Assembly: GCA_964270895.1 (NCBI GenBank)
Contig: OZ185440.1
DNA from: Podarcis filfolensis
Taxonomy: Eukaryota
Direction: 5' to 3' (one strand)
Length of the DNA: 64,000 nt
The position numbers and the translations under genes were made by a program. Of this stretch, positions 1 to 12,351 are shown one piece after another; position 1 is the stretch's first letter; each line of letters begins with the position of its first letter. The notes under the pieces were generated by a model. The model made no database searches. It worked only from the letters and a program-made list of their open reading frames with translations, and was not told the DNA's origin.

Positions 1-555
1 ATCTGGCGGTATGGAGAATATGGATGGCCCAGGTAGAATAACCTCCTAGGAAGTGTGTGTGCATGCCCAAATGATAAATGCAGCCACCAAGGTGATTGCA
101 GGTAACTCACAACTTACGTTTATTTAACATACGCACCCTCAGCTTTACATGCTTTGATTAATAATAATAATAATTTTTAAAATGATGCAAAAATGGTGTA
201 CATAGGGGGGAAATAAGAAATGGTTTGAAAATAGTGTGCATGGGGAAAAATAGGGTGGGAGAGCAGGAAAAAATGGCCAGCAACCTTTGTGAAAATGTTT
301 TCTTGTGGAAGAGGCAATTGGAGAGGGTGATCAAAGGAGGCCAGAGAGACTTGAGGGGTTTGCAGCAGTTTTTAAAATGGGTTTTTAAATGGTTTTCTAG
401 GGTTTTTTTAAATGATTTTCTTGGGGGGATGGTTCTGGCTTTATGCAGGTTTGCTTGTATGTGCAATGGCCAGAAACTCAACCTCCTCGTAAATTACCTG
501 TAATTCAATGTATTCAGAAAGCCTAGTGTTGATCTGTGTTGGAGATTAGGTACCT

Positions 556-584
556 CATTCATTCATTTATTCATTCATTCATTC
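556..584. repeat. (ATTC)n microsatellite
   Basis: Seen directly, just upstream of the acceptor at 595. Confidence 0.9.
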
Positions 585-594
585 TCCTTTGCAG

Positions 595-739
595 CTATGA
601 TGCCAATGTGAATAGCTCAAGGGATGACAAAAAGAATAAGTTTGCCAGCACCATGGAGTTTGTGGAGGACTATCTCAACAATGTTGTCAGTGAGGCAGTG
701 CCCTTTGCTAATGAAGAGAAGAACAAGCTCACTTTTGAG
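595..739 (+). CDS. ITPR3: ITPR3 exon ([16 protein letters not shown]...KLTFE)
   Basis: gcag|CTATGA ... GAG|gtcagt, 145 nt. Confidence 0.92.
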
Positions 740-2192
740 GTCAGTTTGCCTTTGCCATATTCTGGGAGTTTGGCCCTGGCATACCTTGCTGAATGTAAGC
801 AGTTCTGGGTCTGATCAGTGCCTGGATGGGAACCCCATGTACATTGCCTTGGATTCTGTGATGGAAAAAAGATGGGATATAAATGTAAGAAAACAAATTA
901 ATAAAATAGTTGCACTTGGATGTCCTATCTTCTGTTTTTCCATAGGTTCTGTCTATACTGGGAAGAAATCCAGGTTATATTTTGTGGCTTTGGGGGTTGC
1001 CTTTGTTTCCCATCATAAAATGTCAGGCTGAACATTTGGGTTCTTTCCTGTATTCTAGACAAGCGTTTTTGGGTTCTTTTGAGCCTATATTGTTATTAGT
1101 ATTTAATACCTCACATAACACTGAAATAATATAACTGTGTGTGACTGTCTCTTTCCCACAGCCCTCATGAACTAGGCATGTGAGTTTTTAGGTACACAAT
1201 CAGTTCTGGTACAATTTGTCAATAACAATGTGTATCCCTTCTGTGGGATTCAGTGTATTTCCATTCACACAGTGTTTTGTTGTGTGTCAAACTGAAATAT
1301 GGAAACCAGTGTCTTTTAAAAGCCATTAAACACCATTAGCCAAGCCCCATTTTCCAGATTTCCCTCCCCACCCCCTGCCATACATACCACTTCCTCCAGC
1401 ACTGGGTTCAAGGCTTTTTCATGGCTTGAGCCATAATAGAAAAGAAAAAAATCCATGTGACATGGTCAGATGTTTCAAAGTTTTGCTAAAAACAGCCTCC
1501 ATGGCACCAGTGGTAGTTAAAACAAAACAAAATGTCCTCCCATGCCTTTACCCAGTATGAAGTAACCTCGGGTTACAAACACTTTGGGTTACAAACACTT
1601 TGGGTTACAAACTCCGCTAACCCGGAGGTAGTACCTTGGGTTGAGAACTTTGCCCCAGGATGAGAACGGAAATCCCGTGGCAGTGGGAGGCCCCATTAAC
1701 GGAAGCGCGCCTCAGATTAAGAATGGTTTCAGGTTAAGAACAGACCTCTGGAATGAATTAAGTTCATAACCCGAGGTACCACTGTATTCCCCTAATATGA
1801 AGTTGTTATTAACCAGAGGGGGGAATATACAGGTATAATGAATACCTGTATGTCCCCCCCCCCCCAGTTAATAGCAGCTTCAAAAGCGTATAATTCACCT
1901 TCCCCAATGCTGCAAGCTCAATTCAGATTTGGGCTCCAGTGGCTGTTTTTAACTAAAGTAAAAGGCACAGGGAGATCTGGTCCACAAGCTCTTTCATGTC
2001 ACATGTAATTTGGTCCCAAGACCGAGGAAGAACTAGTTCTCACCGCTGCCACTGTCAGGTGGCAGTATCAGGAAAATAAGTTGCCACTGGATGGCTTTTG
2101 ACACCATCTTATTAACCTCATTGGTAGTTTGGGGCATTTTTCAAGAGCGTTTTGAAGTTTAGGGTGATTTCATTTTCACTAGTTTGATAAAA

Positions 2193-2237
<45 letters not shown>

Positions 2238-5200
2238 CAGGTTGTCAGTCTTGCCCACAATCTCATCTACTTTGGCTTCTATAGCTTTAGTGAGCTGCTG
2301 CGCTTGACACGAACTCTTCTTGGCATCATAGACTGTGTTCAGAACCCTCAGCTGATGATGCAGGCCATGTACAATGATGATATGACTGGTATGTCTAGTG
2401 AGTCTTCGTCTTATGAGCCAAGGGCGAATGCCATCATTTAAATTAAAAATAACATCTATTTTTAAATACTGCAGTCTAATAAAGCACTGCAAGTGTATGG
2501 TGTTAGATAGGGGCTGTTTTTCTTAGGTAGGACAGATGTGTGGCTCTCAGATGTGGCTAAACTTCACCTCCCATCATCCCTGACCATTGTCTATGCTGGC
2601 TGGGGCTGGAGGGAGTTGGTGGTCCTACAACATCTGAAGGGTCACAGATTCCCCATCTCTGTTTTACGAATTACAGAAGAAGCATAATTCATTCCATGAA
2701 CCTTGCTAGGCCAGAAATGGTTAAAGTAGAACCCCACAATTCACCTTACACATTTCTCTTTTTTGGTTTGTACATCACATTGATTCACTTAATGGATATG
2801 ACCATGACTCGCTCTTCATGGCCAGGGGTGTAATTTGGCAAGGATCATATAATGACCTGCACAGAATATTCATACACTGGACGACAATTCAGAAGAAAAA
2901 AATGTCGACAGAATAATGAGGGGAAATAACCTGAAATTAGCACAGAAATAAAAATGTGCTCTGCCTACCCGCCAAGGACTCAGACCAGATATTTTTCAGT
3001 TTCATAGTTCTTTCCTTTGGTTTGCTTGTGGAGGTGCATTTTCTGCTGATCTCCAGCAAAAGCTCAGCAAATAGCCATTGCGAGATGTCTATGTAAGTAG
3101 GACCAGCTTTGACCATGATTTTTGTGGTTGCTCTTCCAGGGAAAAATGTCCGGAGGTCCATCCATGGTGTTGGCCAGATGATGTCAACTATGGTGCTGAG
3201 CAGGAAGCAGTCCATCTTTGGCCCCTCAAATATGAATGCCGTGGTAGTTCCTGAACCTGCTGATAGGGGAAGGAGCATAGAAAATGAAAACATTGTGGTG
3301 ATGGAAACGAAGCTGAAAATTCTAGAGATTTTGCAGGTTAGGGCAAATTCCTGAGACCTTGTGACCATGTGACACCAATAGTTGCTCATGATGGACCTTT
3401 TCTTGACTTGGGGCTTAAGAAGGGAAAGTGATGATGAAAGGTTGGAAAGGTGTGCAAATTGGATTGATTGATTATCTCTCTGTTCTTCCTCAGTTCATCC
3501 TGAATGTACGTCTGGATTACAGGATCTCCTATTTGCTCTCTGTCTTCAAGAAAGAATTTGTAGAGGTCTATCCCATGCAGGACAGTGGAGCTGATGGAAC
3601 AGCTCCAGCCTTTGACTCCACAAGTAATCTCCTACACCTCCCTTGTATTTTCTACCTACTTGAACTGTGTCATTGATTCCTCTCTAACTTCATATTGCTT
3701 TAATAGACAATACAAAAGCAGGCAGGTGTTAGACTTTTACCTGCAGATCAATGGAACCCGTAACACTGCAGATGGTGTTAGATTACAACACCCATCATAC
3801 ATTGCCATTGATCATGCTTACTGTGACTGATAAGAATCCAGCAACATCTGGAGAGCTACAGATTCCCCATCTGCATTCTAAACAGGAAAGCAAGGGTGGG
3901 GAACTATTATTATTATTAGCCATTTAGGGTGAATCATGCCTGTCTTTCCCATGCCTGGGTGCACTTCTGATTTTCCATCTGCAACCCTAGCTTGCATTTG
4001 GTGCTTTTTGAATTCAAGCCACAGCTGCAAATATCTTCCTTTGCATGGCAACAGAAAGGGGCATCAGATTTTAAAAGTCTCACATTCAAGCTGCAGCTGT
4101 GAAGGAGGAATCCCTATTCTTCCTCTGCAGCCTGAGGTTTTCTGCACCTGATGAGGAAATGCCTGACCTCACAGGATGCATCTGATGTCATATGAAATCA
4201 GATGATTGACAGGCGGGCCACCTGCCTGTCAAAGTGGTCCATGGAGTGTTGGCCACTTTTGGGTCCTGCCAAAAGTGGCTCCCCACCTTTGAGACAGAGA
4301 CAGATGACAGGTAAGAAATGTGGAGCTGTTCAGATGATTAGTTTTCCCTTCCTTTCTTATTTACATTTCTTATTCCCCATTATCATCTCTGAGTTGTCTC
4401 CTAATGGTGCACAGCATTGCTCACTTCCTATGCATTTCCTTTTCCTGCAGCTGCAGCAATGAACCTGGACCGGATAGGCGAGCAGGCTGAAGCCATGTTT
4501 GGGGTTGGGTAAGTTCTTGTCACTTCCAGCTCTTAGTGCTCCCAATTGCCCTTTTCAAAGAGCATCTCTTTGTTTGCAGCCAAAAGTGTAGGCATAGGAG
4601 ATAATGAATCACTAGGAGCTACCATAAAAATAAGTTTTTTAGATAATGCAACACATCTGGATTATTGCATGCAAATCATTATTGAAACTCCAAAACCAGT
4701 GTTGGATATGATGTCCTTTTTTTAACTTGGCGGCAGGAAAACAAGCAGCATGTTAGAAGTCGATGACGAAGGAGGCCGGATGTTCCTTCGGGTGCTGATC
4801 CATTTGACCATGCACGACTACCCCCCACTTGTCTCAGGTTCCCTTCAGCTCCTCTTCAAACATTTCAGCCAGAGGCAGGAGGTCCTGCACACCTTTAAGC
4901 AGGTAACTCTCTGTGACATGTGACTTCTGCCAGCCAGCAAGTCATCTACATCTGCTTCCTTTCAGTGTTGTCTTACAATTCTCCCTCAATGGAACTGGCC
5001 ACTTGGTTGTGCTTATCTATGCATCCCCTGTTGCTTCACTTTGTTTGGACCTAGCTGTGAAGGGAACAAGCATTGCCTTGGTACTGTGTGCATCAGGTGG
5101 TGCTTGATCCACTAAGATTCCCATCCATCTGAGATCAATGTGGGGCCAGTGTGTTCCTCCACACATTCTTTGTTACGCACAAATTTCATGATTAGAGACA

Positions 5201-8200
5201 CTGTAGCCATCTGAGGAACCCTTGAACAAACTGAGAGAGATGCATGTCTCACATGCTATCTTTTAACAGAGCTAGGCCTTCGTCCTGGTTCTTTTTTTGA
5301 CAGCCAGCAGCATCAGCAGATGTTCTTCACGGTATCTCAATGCAGGTTCAGCTGCTGATCTCGGCTCAGGATGTTGAGAACTACAAAGTGATCAAGTCAG
5401 AGCTGGATAAACTACGCATGATGGTGGAGAAGTCTGAGCTCTGGGTGGAAAAGAAGGGCAGCTCCAAGGGAGAAGACGGACAAGAAGGAGAAAAAAAGGA
5501 GAAGAAAGAGGTAGAGCTGGAGCGTCTTTGGGGCAGGCAGGGAGCACCTCTGCATTGCTGGTTCAAAGTCTGGGTGTGCTGTGAACGATGAATGAATGAG
5601 AATCGAAAGCCTGGGTTGAGAACATTCCACACATTATTTCAGCAGTAACATTTTCTTTGCCACTGAGTGATCCCTTGACAGGGAGCTTTTGCTAATCCTG
5701 GATCTCTTGTGAGTATCTATGACAAAAAGTGGATGGGAAAAGGATAGCACTCGATTAGGAATGGGTGTGTGTGTGTGTGTGAAACGACGACACAAGGTAG
5801 TCACTTTGAATCAGGTTTTGCTTCACTTATTACACTATAGCATAATATGTACCTAAAAGATTAGTTTGTGTACAATACAGTGGTACCTCGGGTTAAATAC
5901 TTAATTCATTCCGGAGGTCCGTTCTTAACCTGAAACTGTTCTTAACCTGAAGCACCACTTTAGCTAATGGGGCCTCCTGCTGCCGCTGCGCCGCCGGAGC
6001 ACGATTTCTGTTCTTATCCTGAAGCAAAGAGTTCTTAACCCGAGGTAATATTTCTGGGTTAGCGAAGTATGTAACCTGAAGCGTATGTAACATGAGGTAC
6101 CACTGTATAGGCTAGCCTGGTTTTTGACTGCTATGAAGGGAGAGTAGGCTTCGCAGAAAACACGAGGGTGGATTTCTTCTTCATTAGCTGCTGCAAAGAT
6201 GCCTGAATAGTTTTATTTCCTTCCCCTCCCCAGCGTACCACAGATGAGGAGCCTGGGACCCCTGGAGAAAAAAGCAGTGAGAACTACCAGCTGGTTAAAG
6301 GGGTAAGCATTTGCAGCTGACATTCCTTCTCAGGAAGTTGTGAGGAAAGAGGGGAGAACCTTGCCCTGAGCTTGTTGGAGGAAGGTTGGGGTGGCAATTA
6401 CCGGTAATCCATACAGACACAATATGCCTTGGGCTAAGCAGCATCCCTTGATTCTGGAGAGGCATGTGAGGGCACCTCTCATTTTGCTTCTCTAGAATCA
6501 GGGGTAAGATTGCTAGTTGTTTTCTACCACTAATTCATCTCCTGTTGGGCGGTGGTTTATGATTATGTTTTGTTTCAACTTGCTTTCCTTCAGATTCTGG
6601 AGCGGCTCAATAAAATGTGTGGGGTTGGTGAGCAGATGCGCAAGAAGCAGCAGCGCTTGCTGAAGAATATGGATGCCCACAAAGTGATGCTGGACCTCCT
6701 GCAGATCCCCTATGAGAAGGTGAGAAGGAGGAGATGAATGAGTGGCAGTCGTGATTAGGAGAGCAGAACGTGCTGGGCTGCTGGAGATCTCATGGGGATA
6801 ATGCTGTTCTAAATCTGTGGGATTGTCAGCAGCGGCATGGGGTAGAGTAGGGTGTGGCAAGGAGGTGAGAAGGGGAGAGCTCCAGGTTGGTGATGTTGGT
6901 GTCCCACACAGGTGTCCCCTGATCTTGATGCCACCTCACCCCATTCATGGTCTACTCAAATTAAGGTACATTAAAGACTTTGCACCAGGGACCTACTTTT
7001 TATTCTCCGTGAACAGGGTGACACCAAGATGTTGGAGATCCTGAAGTTAACCCACCAGTTCCTGCAGAAGTTTTGTGCTGGCAACCAAGAAAACCAGGCC
7101 CTCCTCCATAAGCAGCTCAGCTTGTTCCTCACCCCTGGGGTAAGAGAAGGAGCAAGTGAAATAAATGGGGGGGGGGCTAAGAAATGTTGTATGCAGGCAG
7201 CATGCAAGATATCATTTCCCGTAGATCTCCTGTTTCTGTTCAGATTCAGCCAATACAGACTTTATAACAGAGGCATGTAGTTTCACAGCCCTACTTGGGT
7301 TGTGAGGCCATGTCTCTATGGAGCCCAAACTATCCCAGTCTAATCTCACAGGGTTGCTGTGAGGATACAGTTGGAAAACCCTGTCTAGGCCTTTCCTAAA
7401 AGCTATGGGTGAAAAATGGGATCTTGTTTATTTTATGCTATTTCTTTACTCCAAGGAGCTCAAGGTGGGTTACATGGTTCTCTACCCCTCCCCTGTTTTT
7501 AACCCTGTGAGGTTAGTTAGCCTGAGGCTGTCACTGTCCTAACGTCCCTCAGAAGGCTTAATGAGGATAGGAGCCTCGGTCTTCCCAGTCCTAATCTGAC
7601 ACTGAGCAGACAGAAGAAAGAAATAGACTGGAAGGTGTTCCAAGAAGCCAACGATCAAGGCCAGATATAGGTATGAGTGACACCTGCCGTGCCTCCTGAG
7701 CCTCACATTTCCTCCTTCTTTTTGCCAGCTTCTGGAAGCAGAGACAATGCAGCACATCTTCCTGAACAACTATCAGCTGTGTTCCGAGATCAACGAGACG
7801 GTGCTGCAGCACTTCATCCACTGCCTGGCCACACATGGACGCCACGTGCAGTACCTGGACTTCCTGCACACCATCATCAAGGCTGAGGGCAAGTACATCA
7901 AGAAGTGCCAGGACATGATCATGACTGAGGTGAGGCTCCATCTCTCTCTCTCTCTCCCTCTCTTGCTGAGCAAAAGGAGGGAGGAGGTGAGGTACAGATC
8001 ATGACACAAGATGCTGATGGGAAGTCCTGTTCTAGCAGTAAGGAAATTGGGGTTTAAAGCTGGTAGGGTAAATCAGGCAGCCTCAAGTGTAGGCTTCCTT
8101 CAGTCCCTAACTGAATCGCCTGCCTGCAGTTCTCCTGTAATTTGAGGGGGAAAGCGTCAAGCTGCATGTTTCTGGCTAGGTTAATGGAGTGCCAGGCCTG

Positions 8201-11200
8201 TGGCACATGCAGTTACAATCTCATAGAAGGGAAAAACCTGACTTGGCTTGGGGGGGAAGGGAAGAAGTGCCATTTTGTGGTAGGAAGGTAATAACAACAT
8301 CAGCATCCGTAACAATGCACAGGCCTGAATAGCTGCTGTCTGACTATAATGGCTTTTTAAAAAAGAAGTAAGGAAGACGCTGTGACGACCAGCATCAATG
8401 CCAGCATCAGCCTTGGTGGGTTGCATGTTTGCTTGTGCAGCCCAAGTGCTGATGCAGGGACTGTTTAGCTGCCACCATCACCTACTGCTTTCTGGGTGAT
8501 CATTTGGGGGCCCAGGATCTTGAGCTCCACCTCTAGCTATAGTGCTGCCCCTACCTCTCAGGCACCTCTCAGATCCAAGTATATGGCTTGATCCCTATTG
8601 AGCCTGAGACTATGAGCTTTCCAGCTTGGGCTTCATTTTTCAGACTGATTGTGAAATTATACGAGAGAGAAAAACAGAACACTTAGTGTATAAGCAATGA
8701 GAAAGAGGGACTTTCCCATCCAGGAGATGCAATCACAGTGACTACTGTGCTGTAAAATTGCCATCCTCTCATTGTATCTCAGGTCCTTAGAATTATATTC
8801 TCTTTTGGATGAGGCATTCCTCTTTAGCTCTACCACAGCTTATATACAGGTGCAGTGGGGATGGAGAGGGGCTCAAAAGTACTATTTTTTTGCAGATGTT
8901 TGCCAACCTTTTGGAGCAGGGATGAGGAACCTGTGGGCTTCAGCCTCCATTGCTCCCAATCATCACGGCCAATCAATGTTCAGGGGTGTTGGGAGTTGAA
9001 GTCCTGCAACACCTAGAGAACCACAGATTAGCCACTTTTGTTTCTGGGCTGTGTTGCTTAGCCTCCTTGTCCTTTTCCCACAGCTGACCAATGCTGGGGA
9101 TGACGTGGTGGTGTTTTACAATGATAAGGCCTCCCTAGCCAACATGTTGGAGATGATGACAGCAGCCCGGGACGGAGTAGAGGAGAACAGCCCCCTCATG
9201 TACCACATCTCCCTGGTGGATCTGCTGGCAGCCTGTGCTGAAGGCAAAAACGTCTACACAGAAATCAAGTGCACCTCTCTCCTCCCCTTGGAGGACGTGG
9301 TGCGAGTGGTCACTCACGAAGACTGCATCACGGAGGTGAGGGCAGGATGTGGGCAGCTGCTTGAGGTGCAGGCGCTGAAAGGCTGTGGCTTTGTGGTTGT
9401 TCCTGTATTCCAGGTTGCTGCCCTTCTAGGGAGAGTCACGATTCCAAACAAAGGAAAATCTGCTTTTCAAATGCATGTGAGATGGTTATTCCCCAGTGTG
9501 ATGTGGTGGATAGTGTCAGGAATGAACCATTCCCTGCTTGGCCATGTTACCCACTGGGCGACCGTATAGCCAGTCACTGTAAGAATAAGCAGCATCCTTC
9601 TGGATCAAGCCAGGGGTCCATCAAACCAGCGTCTTGCTTCCTACTGGCCAGCCAGTTGCCTCTGGGGAGCCAGCAATCAGAGCATGAAGGCAATATTTGT
9701 CTCTTGCTATTGGTCTCCAGTAACTGCTACGCAGTGGCATAATTCCTCTGATTATGGAAGCTTCATTTGGCCATCAGGAAGTCTAATCTTCATCATGGAG
9801 TTATAAGAATGCATCTTGGGCACCCTTTGCTCTTTGCAGCAGAGTGTTTAGATGCTGAAGTAGCCCCCTTTTTTTGGCTCAAATCCCCCTTTTCCGTGTT
9901 CTTGTACAGATGTGGATGGGGGTTCAGAGAAGTATTGGGGGTACCAATATAAACAAAGATGCTCCTATGAAGTCTGAAGGGATAAGTGTGGAGGTTTCTT
10001 GCCTTGCCTCTTCTCATCCCACTCCAGGCAGGGGCTTCTGACCCATCCCTTTTCTTTCAGGTGAAGATTGCTTACGTCAACTTTGTCAACCATTGCTACG
10101 TGGACACAGAGGTGGAGATGAAGGAGATCTACACTAGCAACCACATCTGGACGCTGTTTGAGAACTTCACTCTTGACATGGCCAGGGCAAGTGTTGGTAC
10201 CTAAATAGCGTGGCTGGGATAATGGGACTAGGGAGAGAGGTGCCCTTTGTGAAAAGGAAGTCCTTTTGCTCATAGCATAAGCCTGATGTTTCGCTGACGG
10301 CAGTTATATGAACAGCTAGTTAGCTGAAGAATTGGCGGAAGGAGGAAGTGTCACACAACACCTCATCCATCTGTAGAATTCATTGCTGAAGGTGCTTTGT
10401 TGGCCATTAGCAAAAATAGCTGTTTTATTAAAACAAAAACAATGGGATTTAGTGACCACATGTGACGGATGGGTCTATTAGTGGCGCTTAGCCATGATGA
10501 AAAGGCAGGGTGGCATTAATGCAAGAATGAGCAGAAAGAACCTCAGAGGAGCACTAAATATAATTTATGGAACCCAGTGTGTTTTTGATTACAGTTTTCA
10601 TTTGGGGCGCTGTAAAACAAAACAGTGCTCTGTATTTTCTTTGTGCTTAGTTGCAAATGGATTAGCTGTAATAGCCAGCATGACTTCAGAGTTTGAAGAC
10701 GGTAAACCTCTGGCTACCAAATGCCGGAGGCTGTCAGGAGGGAATAGATATCCCTGATATGCCCTGCTTGTGAACTTCCCTTTGGCATGTGGCCAGCTGG
10801 AAGGTAGAATGCTGAGCTAGATGGTCTTGGCTCTTCATTACTGTTCAGTGTGCTGGAGCTGGTATGCCGTCCTCCAAGCAGGACGCTGTTTTATTGTCCT
10901 TGTGTTTCGTCTGACGAGAAATTGCTTCCTCAAATTATACTGTGCCATTATGACTGTAGGCAATGCACATTTGTTCCTGCTTGGCAGTATGCCCCAAGGC
11001 TAGGAACTCCCAAGCCAGGACCTACTATTACAGAATACTGGTAATTCATGGTAGAGGCAAACTTTGCATAGTTCCCTGACTTTGGGGTTAGGGATGGAGA
11101 TGCCAGTCTTCTGACTCACAGATGCCACCTGGACTCTGGAAATATTATCTCCATGCTCTGTTTTCTGGTCCCATGAGCTATAATCCACTGCCTCAACAGT

Positions 11201-12308
11201 TCTGGTGGAATGGTGGCACTAAAAGCATGAGCTGAGGAGTCTCAAACTGAGAACTTGTCTCAGCCACAAACTCATTAGGTGGCCTGAAGGAGGCCACTCA
11301 GCCACAGCCTCTTATCTGCAATGGGAGGATGATGATAATATCAACCTACCTTATAGGGTTGTAGTTAGGATTGCTAAGATAATGTTGAAGGAGTGCTTTG
11401 AAAAGTGAAGTACTGTTTTTCATCTCCATCTTCACAGGTGTGCAAGAAGCGTGAGAAGCGCCTGGCTGATCCCTCTTTGGAGAAGTATGTACTCACTGTG
11501 GTGCTGGACACAATCCATGCTTTTTTCAGCTCTCCTTTCTCTGAGAACAGCACCTCACTACAGGTACAAATGGGTAGCTTCAGGTTCTCAAATCCGTTCC
11601 AGCATAAGACCATAATTGTGAACTGGGAAGGATGTCACTGGTCCCAGTACTTCTAAGGAACAAGATTTGCAGTATAATTCTGTGTCTACATAGGCCAGCT
11701 GTAGCATGCCTTTCCCTTCTCTTCTGAGGGACAGATGCATTCATAAGGTGAATGCCACTTGGCTTGGCCTATACTTTGTCAGCTAAAAAGGTATTTGAGA
11801 AGCTCAGTGTCACCTGCTGAAGCAGAAGTAGAATATTCTCCATAGCTAAAAATTAGGATTCAGTTTGCACACTTTATATTATCATTCTTTCTTTCACTCC
11901 CAGTTGAATCAGGATAGCAATCAGCAATTGAGTGGATCCTCAATTCAAGTTTAGAATCGAAAAACAAAACCACTGTAAGAGGTTGATTTGATAAGCTGCT
12001 GTTCTAAGGGTAACTAGACGAGTCAGTGGGAGATCCATGATTGGGTACCTTGATTAGTTTTTTAAATGTAAATACAGCAAAATCAGATCAGGTCTGTGGA
12101 GGGTCGGTAGTGGCGCCCACCGTGTGGAACGCCCTCCCATCAGATGTCAAGGAAATATACAACTATATGACTTTTAGAAGACATTTGAAGGCAGCCCTGT
12201 TTAGGGAAGTTTTTAATGTTTGATGTTTTATCGTGTTTTTAATATTCTGTTGGGAGCTGCCCAGAGTGGCTGGGGAAACCCAGCCAGATGGGCAGGGTAT
12301 AAATAATA

Positions 12309-12351
<43 letters not shown>

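Noticed and set aside
1-32. Possible exon end (…GGCCCAG|gtagaa) at the window start
   Set aside because: Translations do not resemble the expected preceding ITPR3 sequence.
2046-2064. CTCF-like strings at about 2046-2064 and 50863-50879
   Set aside because: Mismatch the 5' core of the motif; too weak without data.
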